From positions 915,035 to 979,034 of the forward strand of contig NW_003314270.1 of assembly GCF_000143415.4 (NCBI RefSeq): a stretch of 64,000 bases of DNA, given 5' to 3'. Source of the DNA: Selaginella moellendorffii. Taxonomy: Eukaryota > Plantae > Lycopodiophyta. The position numbers and the translations under genes were made by a program. This document shows positions 63,994 to 64,000 of the stretch, one piece after another (within the stretch, counting starts at the first letter, position 1; every line of letters begins with the position of its first letter). Under the pieces are notes generated by a model. The model saw only the letters and a program-made list of their open reading frames with translations, was not told the origin of the DNA and ran no database searches.

Positions 63994-64000
63994 GTATCGA

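Overview
Eukaryotic nuclear DNA from a land plant with a very compact, gene-dense genome: introns are mostly about 50-60 nt and neighbouring genes are often under 300 nt apart. Gene content and style suggest a lycophyte such as Selaginella (inference). Positions 1-10.9 kb are AT-rich decayed transposon sequence (CACTA-like transposase, Ty3/gypsy gag-pol, a 100-N gap) plus an AT-rich B-lectin-domain gene with one premature stop. Positions 11.4-60.3 kb are a gene-dense block: ABC1 kinase, SMAX1-like, RNFT-type RING protein, a SOFL/VUP-motif gene followed by an unexpected HLH domain, NOT1, TAF9, a conserved coiled-coil protein, two intronless F-box genes, METTL23-like, a secreted cyanovirin-N homologue, an ATRX/METTL13 chimeric pseudogene, a second B-lectin relic, a possible small secreted peptide, a Cupin_5 gene and SMG1. 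Positions 60.3-64 kb are a nested gypsy relic with a 12-mer tandem array and a 73-nt palindrome. The best novelty candidate is the SOFL/VUP-motif plus HLH gene at 24095-24942. Gene models were spliced by eye and family calls rest on recalled motifs; no searches were run.
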